Below are positions 35,612 to 49,007 of a stretch of DNA of 64,000 nucleotides, one piece after another. The notes beneath the pieces were generated by a model, which saw nothing but the letters and a program-made list of their open reading frames with translations, searched no databases and was not told the origin of the DNA. The DNA is from Callorhinchus milii (Eukaryota): NCBI RefSeq assembly GCF_018977255.1, contig NW_024704742.1, positions 82,400,001 to 82,464,000 on the forward strand. The letters are read 5' to 3'. The position numbers were made by a program, and so were the translations under genes. How positions within the stretch are numbered: position 1 is the stretch's first letter; each line of letters starts with the position of its first letter.

Positions 35612-35879
35612 GCTTTGAGGGTCTATTCCTACCACTTCACCTCCTTTATGCACCACAACAAGTAACATTAATACTACGCCATTAAGATACCATTGGGTAT
35701 GCTTAGTCAATAACTCATTAGACTGTACAGACTGTCAGCTTTTAATTACCTACTTTGACTGAATAATATTTTATTCGAACTACTGAGAATACGTTTTACA
35801 TATTTTTAAAGGGATCTCTCTCTCTGTGTTATATAGTTTACTGCTTGTGCCATGATCTCTCCGTGCCGCCATTAAATGT

Positions 35880-36135
35880 CAAGCTTTCACATTTTAATCC
35901 AGAGACACAAGTGTAAGATAGCGACTAGGGGATCTAAAAGAGGATTTGGGAGGAAATACTTCATGCAGACGTCAGTGAGAATGTGCAAATCGCTGCCTGG
36001 AGCACTGGTTGAATCAGTTAGTGTAGATACATTTAAGTGAAAGCTAGACCTTCACATGAGGGCAAAGGGATTATAAAGGTGCAGGAGGGATTAAGGAGAG
36101 AGTGGAGTATGAACACCAGCACAGACTAGTGTTGG
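35880..36135 (+). mobile_element. Degenerate CR1-type LINE 3' fragment
   Basis: Remnant of the CR1 ORF2 end (F-Q--VR----LP...FK-KLD-HM) and GAACACCAGCACAGAC 3' UTR. Confidence 0.65.
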
Positions 36136-36139
36136 CGTG

Positions 36140-38972
36140 CACATTTTGGCTTTTAGCTGCCGCCATTGTCCCCAGCTGCTTCCCTAAAGTGCTCCCACCC
36201 CTGTCCTTTACCCTCCACTACTCTTGCTAGGTCCTCCTCTCCCATCATCCTCCCTGACTCCTATCCTTGCTCGACCGTCTCACAGCCTCCCTCTGTTCCA
36301 GCCTCCGAATCCTCCACTGGACCCACCATGGCAGACACTGCTGGTTATCCAACAGCAGCCACTCTGACTGCACTATCCCCCATTCTTGCCTCATCCCATC
36401 GATTCCTGACCCTGGCGGCCAACCTCTCCTCCCTGATCCACATCCCCACCCTCCATGTCAATCATCCCCCTCCCCCTACTGCCTTATCTCCCACATTCCT
36501 CCACCACCAACTGTCCCCTTTGCATCGGCGCACAAAATATCCGCTCCCTCTACAATAAAATGCTCACCATCCAAGACCTCATTGTCGACGAAAACATTGA
36601 TATCCTCGCCCTCACTGAAACCTGATTCACTGCAGGTGACACCTGCCCCTTGACAGAGGCCACATAACCTGGCTACACCTTCCATCACATCCCACAACCT
36701 AATTGCCATGGTGGCAGTGTGGCTCTTATCTACTGGTCCCCACTTGACCTATCCCCTTACTCCTCCAGATACTTCCACTCCTTTGAGCATGTTCCCCTTT
36801 ACTACCCCTCCAAACTTTCCTTCAAAATTCTCCTTATTTATTGCCCGCCCAAGCCCTTCCCCACTTTTCTCCCCAACATCTCCCTGCCCCTATTTTCCCT
36901 CTTCCTCTGCTCCAAATGCCTCCTCGTCCTATGCAAATTCAACTTCCACTTCAATGCCCCCTGCTCTACCTCTGCTGAATTCCTCTCCTCCCTCAATCTC
37001 TCCCTCCACATTCACTCCGCTACTGATATCCATGGTCACCCCTTGACCTGGTGATCACCCCGGGCCTCACTATCTCGGACATCGCCATCACTGATAAAGC
37101 CATCTCAGACCACCACTTCATCTCCCTTAACATCTCCGTACCCCTTCCCCACACTCAACCCACTTCAATCAGCTACTGCACCCAGAAAAAAATATCCCCC
37201 CCACTCCCTCTCTGCTGCACTGGAGTCATCTGAACTCCTGCCCCTCTGGCCCTCCTTTTGCAATGATCTACCCTTCTTGATCTCTCTCCTCCACAACTCC
37301 CTCTTCTTCTCCATAATTCCATTGGTCTGCTCAGCTCCTGAACTGCCTCATAGTCCCGTAAATCTCCCTGGTATACCAGTCATCTCCAATCCCTCTTCCT
37401 CATGCCCTGGACCCCACCCATCCCTCCCTATACACCTTTGACCCTGTCTCCCCCTCTTCCCTCAACTCTACCATTTCAAAAATGAAGCCCACCACCTGTT
37501 CCCTCGACCCCATTCCCACCCCTCTCCTCACCTCCCATCTCCACCTCCTGGCCACTCTCTTAGTCAACATCATCAACCTCTCCTTATCAACTGGCATTGT
37601 TCCCACCACCCTAAAAACAACTATCATCAGCGCCATCCTCAAAAAACCTTCCTTGGACCCATCGCTACTCTGCAGCTATCGCCCCATCTCCAACCTCCCA
37701 TTCCACTCCAAGGCCTTGGAACGAGTTGTCTTGTCCCAGCTTTGCTCTTTCCTCTCCCGCCATTCCCTCTCTGAACACCTCGAATCAGGTTTCCGTGCTG
37801 CCCACAGCACAAAAACAGCCCTGGTCAAAGTCATCAATGTTATTCTGAACATCTGTGATCAGGGCTCTCTCTACCTCCTTGTCCTCCTCGATCTCTCTGC
37901 TGTCCTTAATGCTGTTGATCACTCTATCCTCCTACACTGTCTCTCCTTTCTGCTCAATCTTTGCAGACCTGCCCTCATCTGGTTCGAATCCAACTCTCCT
38001 ACTATCTCCACTTTGTCACCATTAACGGCTTCTCTCCAGCCCCCGCACCGTCACATGTGGCGTCCCTCAGAGCTCTGTCCTTCGCCCTCTCCTTTTCAAT
38101 ATCTATATGCTCCTCCTTGGTAACATCATCCGCAACTTCCCCATGAGCTAGCTTCCTGCAGTTGAATGTCAACAAGACTGAGGCCCTTCTGCTTGGCTCC
38201 TGTCAGTGCCTCCATACCTCAGGCACTGACAGCATCTTCCTCCATGGATGCACTCTATATCTCATGCAACCAGTACAGAACCTCAGCGACCTGTTCGACC
38301 CTCAGTTGACCTTGATATCCCAGATCAGTGCCATGACCCTCTCCGCCTTTCCCTACCTCTGCAAAATCGCTTAGCTCCGCCAGCGTCTCACACACGCATT
38401 CATAACATCCAGATTCGTCTACACAAACTCCCTGCTTGTCAGCCTCCCAGACTCGTCCTTCTACAGGTTGCAGATAATCCCGAACTCTGCAGCCCATGTC
38501 TTCTCCCTCACCCAGCTCCATAACCTGATCACCTCCATTCTCGCCCGATTCCATATCAAACAAAGGATGCAATTCAAATTCCTGGTCCTCGCTTTCAAAG
38601 CCTTCCATGGCCTTGCACCCGCTTACATCTGCGACCTCCTAATCCCCTATCAACCTGTCCATTACCTCCGCTAAGTGGGCTTCAGCCTGCTTCATGTTGC
38701 CCGCCACGCCTGCCCATCATTCGTGCGCGAGCCTTCAGCTACTGCCTCCATCCTCTGGAACTCCCGCAGTCCCTCCGCCTCGCCTCCTTCAAGACCCATC
38801 TCAAGACCCTCCTCTTTAATCGTGCTTTCAGTCATCCTCCTTCCCGCCCTGCTCTCCACCCTCCCCGATCCTGACTCCCAACTCGGGTCCAAAACACTGA
38901 TTGTCCAGCTCCTTGGGATGTCCTCCTGATGTGAAAGGCGATATACAAATGTAATTTTGTTGTTGTTGTTGT
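36140..38972 (+). mobile_element. Degenerate L2 retaining the endonuclease N-terminus, with internal deletions
   Basis: NIRSLYNK...DILALTET* (36536-36625), GHPLDLVIT...SDH, RT ORF 37482..38123, tail with (GTT)n. The YADD segment and ~37390 linker are deleted. Confidence 0.93.
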
Positions 38973-41900
38973 GTAAATCTATGTAAAACATCTTCTAACG
39001 ACCTATTCATTTGAATTTGCATTGGGAGCCCCCTCAGATCTTCACTTCTTGCTCTATGCCCATATTTCTTATTGTTAGCACTGGGAGACAACAACAACAA
39101 ATTACATTTGTATAGCACCTTTCACACCGGGAGGACATCCTTTTCCATCATTTTAATGGTTTTGTATGAACGCAGTGTTCTTTCCAAACTTCTCTTGCAG
39201 TCATTTAGAAGTGTATTTAATTGTAAAATGGCCAACACCAGCCATGGAGAGAAGGCTTTGTCAATTAATGCTCTCCAATAATATATTTAAATGGCAGGAT
39301 TTTTTTTAAAAGCAAATGTTGAACAATCAAAATTGAATATGTTAATATGGAGTAGCTAGATTTATTTACAATTGCAGGAAGTCTCCACTTGCTTTGTGAA
39401 TGTAGCAGAGATTATGCTTACGAGGCCACTTGGAAACTGTCCAACATTTGAATGGTTACTTAATGGGCTCTTTGTCAATCCCATAGCTACTCCCAGCTGG
39501 TCCCACCTTTCTGTGTTCCCCGCAAGGTTAAGGAACAATAATCTGAGGCAATAACAAGGGCAGTACTGATATAGTGGGACATGATTTATCTGCAAATCTC
39601 TAAATAAAGGCTCACTAAATACACAGTCAATCCACTTTACAGTATATCCTATGAAGCACTTTGAGATGCCTCAATGGTCAAATAAGCATTTGATGTGATC
39701 AAATGCTAGGATAATAATTATTATTATTATTCAAAAACACTTATTATAGCATCAAACAAACTGTGCAGAACAGAGCAAAAGTGTAAGTCAGGAGAAAAAT
39801 GCAGCTTGATGTGCTACTCTTCTGAGCAAAGTTTTCTCCTACCCATGAGTCAGATCAATCTTTCTGCAGGGATCAATATTCTTTTAGCTGTATTAGCAAC
39901 TGAGATATTCCTGCTAATCCATAAAATTCATAGAAATGCTTCAAGCAATGTTCTTTGGATAACCCTGATGCAGCCAGTGCTCAGTCACCTCACAATAAAA
40001 AGCCGGCCTCACCTGTCGCTCAAGCTCACTTGCTTGGGTGCATTTCATCAATTCTTATCAACCTGGTCACTGAATGAAGGCAGTAGTTTTATCTCTCTGG
40101 GAAAGGAAGAAAGGTTGAGGATAAGAACAAAGATGGACATTGTCTGCCTTGCCCTGCATTCAGCCATACCTGCCGTTCACTGGTCATTGGAGCAGCCCTG
40201 TCTGACCACAGTCTCAACAGTCTGATCGCCTTGTTACTCCCCTAAGGGGGAGGGGTGTGGAGATGAACGACCTGCGATGGTGAAGCATAGAAAACTGAGC
40301 ATCAAAATAAAGAATCTTTTATTTCTGGAAATGTAAGAACAGCTATTTATCAGTAAAGTGGTGGTTTAAGAGTTCTTACAAATCCTGTGTTAAAAGCATA
40401 AATGCTACTGGATTTCTCCTCCAGCATTTTACATAGTCTTATTTCCCTTTGATTATTTTTCTGAAAAGCTCTAATTATGCATCTTTACTGACAGATTTTC
40501 TGAATTGCATATCACCAAAATGAAATTCCTAGTTAGAAATATCTTGCTTGAGTTGATATATTGCATTTGCATGCAGCAGTAAACTAGGTGTATGAAGGTA
40601 CATGTGACATAATTTTCATGTTCCCTTGTAAAGCAGAGGGAATGCAAGCCTACGCTGCCGAATAACACTGAACTAGCCTTTTCCTATTAATACAGCAGTA
40701 ACACTTTTTGCAATCTTATTGCAGTTTCGATGTTAGTTCTTTTAAAAGAAAGTTGCAGATGTTGATAAAAGATCCATAATTGTCTTCTCTCTTAACTATC
40801 AACAGATCTCTGTCCTGGGACGACAACAGAATGTACCTTGAAGGAAGGTAGGCTTTGAATATTACTTTCTATTTTTTTTCACATTTATGTGTATCACAAC
40901 ACATATTCTGGTTCCCTTTCGAGTTTGGACTCAAAACAAATTTCCCTTGTTTGAGGATTACCTGCCAGTGTTTTATAAATCTTGAATTCACTGACATGAA
41001 GTATCTTATTTTATGTGCTATGATCCAGGTGAAGCTGCCTCTATATAAACAGTCTTAAGTAATGGTGTTTTGAAGCCAAATGCTGGGTTGAGATTAGAGG
41101 TTTATTGATGCTTTACAAGAATCACCTCAGTCACCAAATGGCTTTTTCTTGACTTGTTCCAAGATAGAAGTTTCCCTTTCCAACACTGAGCTGTAAAGCG
41201 TTGTGAGATGTTTTGTTGTGATAAAGTGCTGATAAAAAAAGCTTTTCTCTTTCACAAAGGTTGAACCCGCATAAGATCATGGCACTATGAAGGGGGTATT
41301 ATTGGCTCTCGCAGAGTCAATCACATTGGGATTTTTTTTATCTCTTGCTGCTGGCCTTTTATTTAAACATTCCACCCAGTGTCCCCGAAACTTACAATCA
41401 GTCCAGTCATGAGAGCTGCCACAGGAGGAAGCGTGAGAAGCCAGTTAAATGAACAAACGGGTCGGTGCATCACTTTGAATTTATTAGTGTTTTGTTTGTA
41501 CCTGGGCTCTGATGGTGGTAATGAGCCATGAAGTGTGTGTCTTATCGGTGATTGCTCCATGTTGTCACATCAAGGATTTTTCCTCCATTATTGTAACCTG
41601 TTATCCAATCAAGACAAAATGCAGCATTGACTTTTTTTTAAAAGAAAATAATTGCTAAATCTTTTGCCTGATGAATCTTGTTGCTAACTGTCCATATTTC
41701 TATTTGATGGAGCTCACTGTACCTCACACTGCCACTTGCTCACATATGACTGGATGCTCGTGAAAAGAGCAAATTCGGTAATGCTCTCATTTTTGTTTGA
41801 TGCTGTTGAATTATTTATATTTTGTGGCATCTACACAAAAGAGCAACCCATTGCTTCTAATGAGATATTCTCTACTGCATCTTTAGTCGAATAACACAAA

Positions 41901-42047
41901 ACAAATATCAGTCACACATTGGTGTCTCATGCTCCCAGCGCCTTGCGACGTCCTCCCAACGTGAAAGGCGCTATACAAATGTAATCTTGTTGTTGTTGTT
42001 GTTCTCAGTCAAAATAGACACCAGCTTGTGATTCATATGCATCAAGA

Positions 42048-43473
42048 CAACAACAACAAGAACTTGCATTTATATTCTGTGAAGCGCTTTGAGACGTCTA
42101 GAAGACGTGGAAAGCACAATATCAAATGCAACGATTATTATTGTACAGCGCCCTCCATGCCAGGCAGCATCCCAGAGCGCTTAACAATGGTGGAGCTCGA
42201 TGCCGAGCCGGCACGGGAAGGACTTCAGGTACAACCTGAAAATGGGGAAAGATGGGACAAGGAGAAGGGATTAAGGGAGGGAGTTCCATAGCTTGGGGGT
42301 GCAGTGTCTGAAGGCACGGCCGCCGATGGTGGAGCGGAGGATTCAAGGGACAAGTAGGAGGCTGGAGCCAGTAGAGCAGAGGCTATGAGTGCTATGTGGG
42401 GAGAGGAGGTTAGAGAGATAGAGGGGTGCCAAGGCATGGAGGAATTTAACACTAAAGTGAGGATCTTGAAGTCGATCCTCTCTGTGATCAGGAGCCAATG
42501 GAGTTTGGCAAGGACCTGGGTAATCGAGGTGCAGAATGCAGACGGTGAGAATGCAGGAGGTAGAATTTTGGATGAGTTGAATTTTGTGAATAGTGGAGGA
42601 TGGGAGACCGGTGAGGAGGGCATTTGAGTAGTCCAGCCTAGAGGTGACGAAAGGCATGAGCAAGGGTTTCGGCAGCTTGTGAAGTGAGGTATTATCAGAG
42701 AAGGACAATCTGGCAGAGGTGGAGGAAAGTGGTCCTGGCCAGGGACCAGATGTGGGGCAGGAAGGTTAACTGGGGAACAAACCTGACGCCTAAGTCGCGC
42801 ATGAGTTCAGAGAGTCTTAAGGACAGATCGGGTAGGTTGAGGAGGTCGGAACCACAGGAGAGAAGGCGTCGACGGGAGCCAAAGAGTACGGCTTCTGTGT
42901 TGTTGATGTTTTAACTGCAAGAAGTTTGTGCTCATCCAGGCCTTGATGTCTGTCAGACAAGCTGACAGAACATCAGAGAAATAAAGTTCGCAACTGGAGG
43001 AGGAGAAGTAGAGTCAAGTGTTATCCGCATACATGTGGAAGTTAACCCTGTGTTTGTGGATGACATCACCGAGAGGGAGCATATAGATGAGGAAGAGAAG
43101 GGGGTCAAGGATGGAGCCTTGGGATACCCCGCAGGTGACCAGGTGGATGTGAGAAGAAAAACCATTTGCAGAAAAGTAGTGTTGGTGGTTTGTAACGTAG
43201 TGCTCGAACCATGCGAGTGCGATCCCACTGAGGTGGATGATGGAGGACAGGTAGAGAAGGAGGATAGGGTGATCGACTGTGTCACAATGCGGTGGAGAGG
43301 TTCAGAAGGATGAGGAAGCAGAGGTAGCCCTGGTCATAGATAGAGAGGACATTAGGACATTGTTTGTGACTTTCACGAGCGCTGACTCTGTACTGTGGGC
43401 AGTGCGGAAACCGGACTGGAGGGGTTTCAGTAGGGAGTGGAGGGAGAAGTGTGCGCAAAGTTGGTTAGCAACA
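42048..43473 (-). mobile_element. L2 LINE fragment (RT to 3' end)
   Basis: LQSGFRTAHSTESALVKVTN, HMYADN, FVTSRLDYSNALL, LHWL; (CAA)n on the plus strand. Confidence 0.94.
42072..42141 (+). mobile_element. SINE tail-only insertion inside the L2 terminus
   Basis: ATTCTGTGAAGCGCTTTGAGACGTCTAGAAGACGTG...GATTATTATT separates TTGCATTTAT from ACAGCGCCCTCC. Confidence 0.85.
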
Positions 43474-44329
43474 AATAAAGAGCACAAATAAGCTGAAACT
43501 GAGTGAAGGATTTCGACACAATCTCACACATCACCAAAATGTCTTGACTGCATCACATCAATAAGCATTAGCCTTTTATATAACTAATATTTGAATAAAC
43601 GGGTGTTCTTACTTTGTGAATGGGAAAAAGGGGATCTATTCTAGATTGCTCATGATCAGCAATGAATTATTGTTGTAGCATAACAGATTTTGTCAATGCC
43701 ACAGTGAGATCTTTAAATTGACATTTTTCTTGTGTAGGAAAGGAGGGGGAGTCAATTCAGCCCATCAAATCTGTTCCACCTGTTTATTCTGGTATAATAT
43801 GACTATAAAAATATAACAGCTAACTTATTCAGAAGATCAAAAAAGTTTAACTCATGAATTGTTTCATTTTCAAATTCATTAGGAATTCACAAAGTAAATG
43901 GCTGGTCTCATCATTTCAGATTGGTGAGCAATGACTTGCTCAGTTTTGCATACTTATTTTTGTTTACTCTTTGCTTTCCAGCCCCTCAGTATCTGCTGCC
44001 CCTTTCACTGTGATGAGTTTGGGTCTATGCCTTCCCTGTAGCTGATGCCAGTCATATTCTATAGTCACACCAATCTTGATGTGCCTTGGCTTGGTGGACT
44101 ATATCAGCGATTCCAAGTCAAGAATTGAAAAAAACTCTTTCAAGGAAGCTGCAGGAGTCCAAATAATGAAGTTGTGGCTCTAATTTGGCAGCAGTCCATA
44201 ATTAATAGGACTGAGTATAGCAGTACCAATCACAATGTCCTTTCACCTCTGGGATGTTGGCCTGAATGAAGTACAGAATGGTGAGATGAAAGCTCTTTCT
44301 TACATTGGGATAAGCCGAGGCAGCACAAA

Positions 44330-44487
44330 AGGAGGGCACAGATTCAGGGGTTCTGAAGAGCAATTTCAAGTTAGACAATACAATGTACCATATTTCTTTA
44401 CCCCAAGGGTAATTAATAACTGGAACAGGTTGCCAGGAAGGTGGTCTGAAGCCAGGACACTGGATTCATTTAAGAAACAGCTTGATT
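44330..44487 (+). mobile_element. CR1-type LINE ORF2 C-terminal fragment
   Basis: GH...FFTPRVINNWNRLP...LDSFKKQLD. Confidence 0.8.
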
Positions 44488-44494
44488 TCTCCGA

Positions 44495-44943
44495 TAAATA
44501 CCTCTCTCCGAAAACCGCTGAAACCCTGATCCTGCCTTTGTCACCTCTCAGCTGGATTATTCTAAAGTCCTCCTCGCCGGTCTCCCATCCACGACCATCC
44601 ATAAAATCCAGATCATTCAAAACTCTGCCACCCGCATTCTCACCTACACCAAACTCCGCTCCCCAATTACCTCAGTCCTTGCCAGACTGCACTGGCTGCC
44701 TGTCGCAGAGAGGATTGACGTCAAGATCCTCAACCTTGTATTCAAAACTCTCCACTCCTCTGCACCTCCGTACCTCTCTGACCTCCTCTCTCCTCAAAAC
44801 AGTACCCATTACCTTTGTTTCTCCGGGTCTGGCCTCCTCCTCGTCCCCCGAGTCCTCCGCTCCACCCTTGGCGGCCGTGCCTTCAGCCACTATGCCGTTC
44901 GGCTTGGAGGGCGCTATATAAATCCAAGTTGTTGTTGTTGTTG
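44495..44943 (+). mobile_element. L2 3' fragment with deleted 3' UTR
   Basis: YLSPKTAETLI..., LHWLP; jumps at ~44896 to the second half of the tail and (GTT)n. Confidence 0.9.
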
Positions 44944-47603
44944 ATGCTGTAACAAGTGGACAGTAGGGTGAGGATTCAGGAAGGGTAACATTAAGTGGCT
45001 TGAAAGGCTGTCTTCATCCAAAGCTCTGTGCAGCCCCGACCAAGTCAGTGAATTCCGGATCCCTCCCTCCCTGCAGCAGCTTCCCTCTTTGACCACAAAT
45101 CTACCTTTCTGTTTGTTCCTGACTATAGTAAACGGACTGTGTGCACAGGAGCTTGGATCCATTAAATAATTATTTAGATATGTGTCTTGTAAGACACAAG
45201 ATTAACTTGCATCACACAAGAGAGATGAGAATGACCATTGTGCCTTTCACCCTTCCCTGTCTTGTCTTAAACTACAAGTGTCCAAGCAAAAGTTGGTGTC
45301 CGCCACAATCAGTCAGAGAATGCGTAGTCAGAGTTACCCTTTCAGCTAAGGTTGGAGTTAAAGTCTATCATCGGTACACAGCGCAAGCAATCTAACCTGC
45401 ATCTTAACACTGCTTTGCCCACAAAAATATTCTGTGAAACACTTTGAGACATCTCGAAAACGTGGATAAAATGCTATATCAAATGCAAGGATTATTATTA
45501 TTATTATCTATAGATCTGCATCCGACTCAGGAACTCTCAAGCTGATACGAGGGGAAAAGTGATTAATTTTGTAGTACTCCGAGCAGTCCATTGTGTATAT
45601 CTGTAGCTGGGAGACTGCTTCTGCATGTCACGGGCTGCAGAGTTCTGGATGATCTGCAAGCCTCAGTGCAAATGGAGGACTGCCTTTTTAATGCAGTTTG
45701 TTAAAATGGAAATCTTGTCCTTTTCTTGGATGCGTTTGGGTTTTATATAGTGTGAATGAACAGCATTTCAGGGGTTTCATAGATGAAAAATTATTACAGA
45801 GTCGAGGATTTGATTTTTGGGGGGAGGGGGAGGGAAGAGGGTGCTAAGTTTGCTGCCTCATTAGCACCAGCTGGTAAGCAGTGCTGGCATGCCTGACAGT
45901 CTGTGCTTGGCACCCACTAGGTTTAATTCTCCTGTGGGTGTCTTATGTAAATAGGATCAAGACGGCGATTAATTGCCACCTGCTCCCATTTGTCTTTGTA
46001 TGCCGCTCTGGAGAAGCCGTGAGGATGATAAGAACAGCCATGCAGCACTTATAACTTGATTTTTCAAAAGAAATTCCTCCACCACGCACAATCAAAACAC
46101 ACAGGCATAATTTTGTTCTCGGTGGAATACGAATCTAATATTTCCATATATTTTGGACCATCCCTTCTACACTGCAGTCATCTCTCGCCTTCCTCAAAAT
46201 AAAGTACCATCTATCCCTCTAACTCTCTAACTACCTGCTCATCTCTTTCCTTGTCCAGTGCCAATAATAATAATCTTTGCATTTGATTTTGCGCCTTATT
46301 GCATCTCAAAGTGCTTCACAGAATATACTGTAAAGTGAATTGACTGTATATTTTGTGGGTGAAGTGTGCAGTGTAAAATAAGATTATTCTATTATCTACG
46401 GTACGTTAAATTGAAAGTTATCACTAATACCATCTTGTAATGGCAGACTTTATGACCCTTATGTATTACTTATAAATCATGATTAGAACCCAAGATCAGA
46501 GGAAAAGTGAGGAATAAGAAGTGCTTTTTTGTCTCAACGAATCTGCACCAGACCGCACAAAATATTCACCACTGAATTGGGGCACTCCCCAATTTATGGA
46601 CCTCCTGAGAGAGGTTAATGACTACATATATAACATTCAAGCGTACACAATTCTGCAGAACATCTCTCTGCCTCTTTCCCCTCCCCCACCATCCTCCCAA
46701 CCCCATCCTGCCCCAACAATCATTGACCCCTCCATTCCCGCCATCAGCCTCCACCCCCTCAACCCACTCTTCCTCCCCCCGGCCCTAAGGTACAGCTCCA
46801 AAATATCAACCCTGAACCTTGTCTTCGGATTGTCTTCATTACTCCATACAGTGTAATTGATTGGTTATTATGATTACTGACAACTTAAATATTGTTGCAC
46901 TTCATGATGTGCCTGAGCTTCTCCTACATTGCAGCAGCTAAGAGATCTTTTACGTTTCTTTTGTAAGCACAAATCATAATGGGTTTGGGTAATTATTATT
47001 TACAACATCTTGCTCTTCATACTTCAGGGACAAATCAGCTATCATTTCAATATATGCTAAGGACATGCCACAATCGCTAAACATATGGAAGTTTACTGAA
47101 GGTTAAAAACACAGAAGAGAAAAACAGGCATGGTTTTGAACATCGTCAAATATAGGGACTGCATGTGGTTGTCAATGAATGTGTGAAATATTAAATACAT
47201 TTCATGCCTGTAAATGTTGTGGTCTCTGTCACTGCACATTGACGTTTATTTTGCTGCTGAGTTAACAACCTATGTGCAAATTTTGCAGTTTGGGTTAATC
47301 ATAGCGCAATGAAGGACATCTCCAATTTGCTCTGTGCACTTGCATTTGTACAACCTTAATCATAATTAATTAATTATTAATTAATCTTACCGGCAAATTA
47401 GATCCTGAGGCTTTACTAAGTTGACCTTCTTAAAGGGAAAGATCAGCTTGAAATTAACCTGTTTATCTAGGAATGCAATAATGAGGTAGCATCATCTGCT
47501 GGAAATATTCTTATCACTGCACACTCAACTGCAAACTGTTCAGAATTAAGGATCTACTTTCTGAGCTGAGTTAGCTGATCACAGCTGGGAAAACTAACAG
47601 AGG

Positions 47604-48387
47604 CGCTCTCACCTCTGAGTCAAAAGGCTGTGGGTTCAAACCTCACATTGGGACTTTGAACTCATAATTTAGGCTGGCGCTTTCCTATTGCAATCCTGGG
47701 GTATGTTGCAATGACTATGTGCTGTCCTTCAGTTGAGATGTTAAACCGAGGTCCCATCTGTCTGATCAAGTGGACATTGATCCCCTACCTACCTGCCCGT
47801 ACCCTCCGTTCCTCTGGCTCCGGTCTGCTCCACGTCCCCCGCCCCAACCGCCCCACCATCGGTGGTCGGGCCTTCAGCCTCTCAGCCCCGAGGCTCTGGA
47901 ACTCCATCCCCCAGTGCCTTCGCCGCCTCCTCCCTTTCCTCCTTCAAGGCCGGTCTCAAAACCTTTCTCTTTGACCGTGCCTTCAGCTCCCCTCTCGACT
48001 CTCTTCCCCCTCCTCGCTCCCTCCCTTCCCTCCCCTCACCCTGACCATTTCCCCCCTGCTCGGGTCATGACCCAACTGTGCAGCGCCTTGGGACGTCCTC
48101 CTGACGTGAAAGGCGCTTTATAAATGGAATCTTGTTGTTGTTGTTGTTGTTAAAGATCCCACTGTACTACTCGGAAAGAGAAGGGAGTTTCTCACAACAA
48201 TCCCCTAGATAAAATTGATCGATCACTTTATGGCTGTCTGTGGGTCATTGCTGTGCATAACTTGGCTGTTACATTCACCTACAAATACACAGTTATTTCA
48301 CTTTACAGGTAAATCTTGAGGTATTGAAGCTTTGAGGTATTCCCCTAACATGAAAGGTGCTATATTAAATGTAAGGAATATTATTAT
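47604..48387 (+). mobile_element. Deu-domain SINE interrupted by a young L2
   Basis: CCTCTGAGTCA...GGTTCAAACC head; GAGATGTTAAACCGAGGTCCCATCTG...GTGGACATT | AAAGATCCC... continues after 48151. Confidence 0.8.
47781..48151 (+). mobile_element. Young L2 3' fragment
   Basis: Near-identical to 33188-33604 except that it lacks the 3' UTR duplication. Confidence 0.96.
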
Positions 48388-48691
48388 TTATAAAATGCAT
48401 GTGTGGTCATAGGATGAAGACGAACATTGGGTTCAACTGTGATGTCTATGTAGATAATGATAATATAATAATTTTTGCATTTGATATATCGCCTCTCAAA
48501 GGACTTCACAGAATATACTGTAAAGTGAATTGATTGTACAGTTTGTGGGCGAAATACAGCTGCAAATTGGACACAGCAGTGTCCCACAAACAGTCATGGA
48601 TTTCATAATCAAATTACTATCATACTATCAGATTACCTGCTTAAACTCTCCAGACGTAAACATATAGAAGGAGAGCTAGGGCATGTTATTA

Positions 48692-49007
48692 AATAATAAT
48701 AATAATCCTTGAATTTGATATAGCGCATTTCACGTCGGGAGGACATCCCAAATCGCTTCACAGAATACACTGTAAAGTGAATTTACTGTATATTTGTGGG
48801 CGAACGCGGCAGCCAATTGCGCACAGCAATGTCCCACAAACAGTCATAGATTGAAAATGACCAATCTATTATTGTTTTTGGTTGTTGGAGGGATTATTAG
48901 GCGTGTGGAGTAAGGAAACTTGCCCAAGGTTTTGCCCTGCCTGGAATTGAACTCAGGTCTCTCACTTGCAAAGCGAGTGCTCTAACCACTGAGCTACAGG
49001 ACTCCAC
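48692..49007 (-). mobile_element. tRNA SINE, young short form (a 3' fragment of another copy lies at 48455-48612)
   Basis: Reverse complement of the 35275 copy. Confidence 0.95.

Noticed and set aside
44235..44921. 228-aa ORF suggesting a fusion gene
   Set aside because: It is a CR1 fragment adjacent to an L2 fragment, mostly out of the L2 frame.
46650..46790. Pro-rich ORF 46521..46856
   Set aside because: It is a low-complexity C-rich tract with no protein signal.
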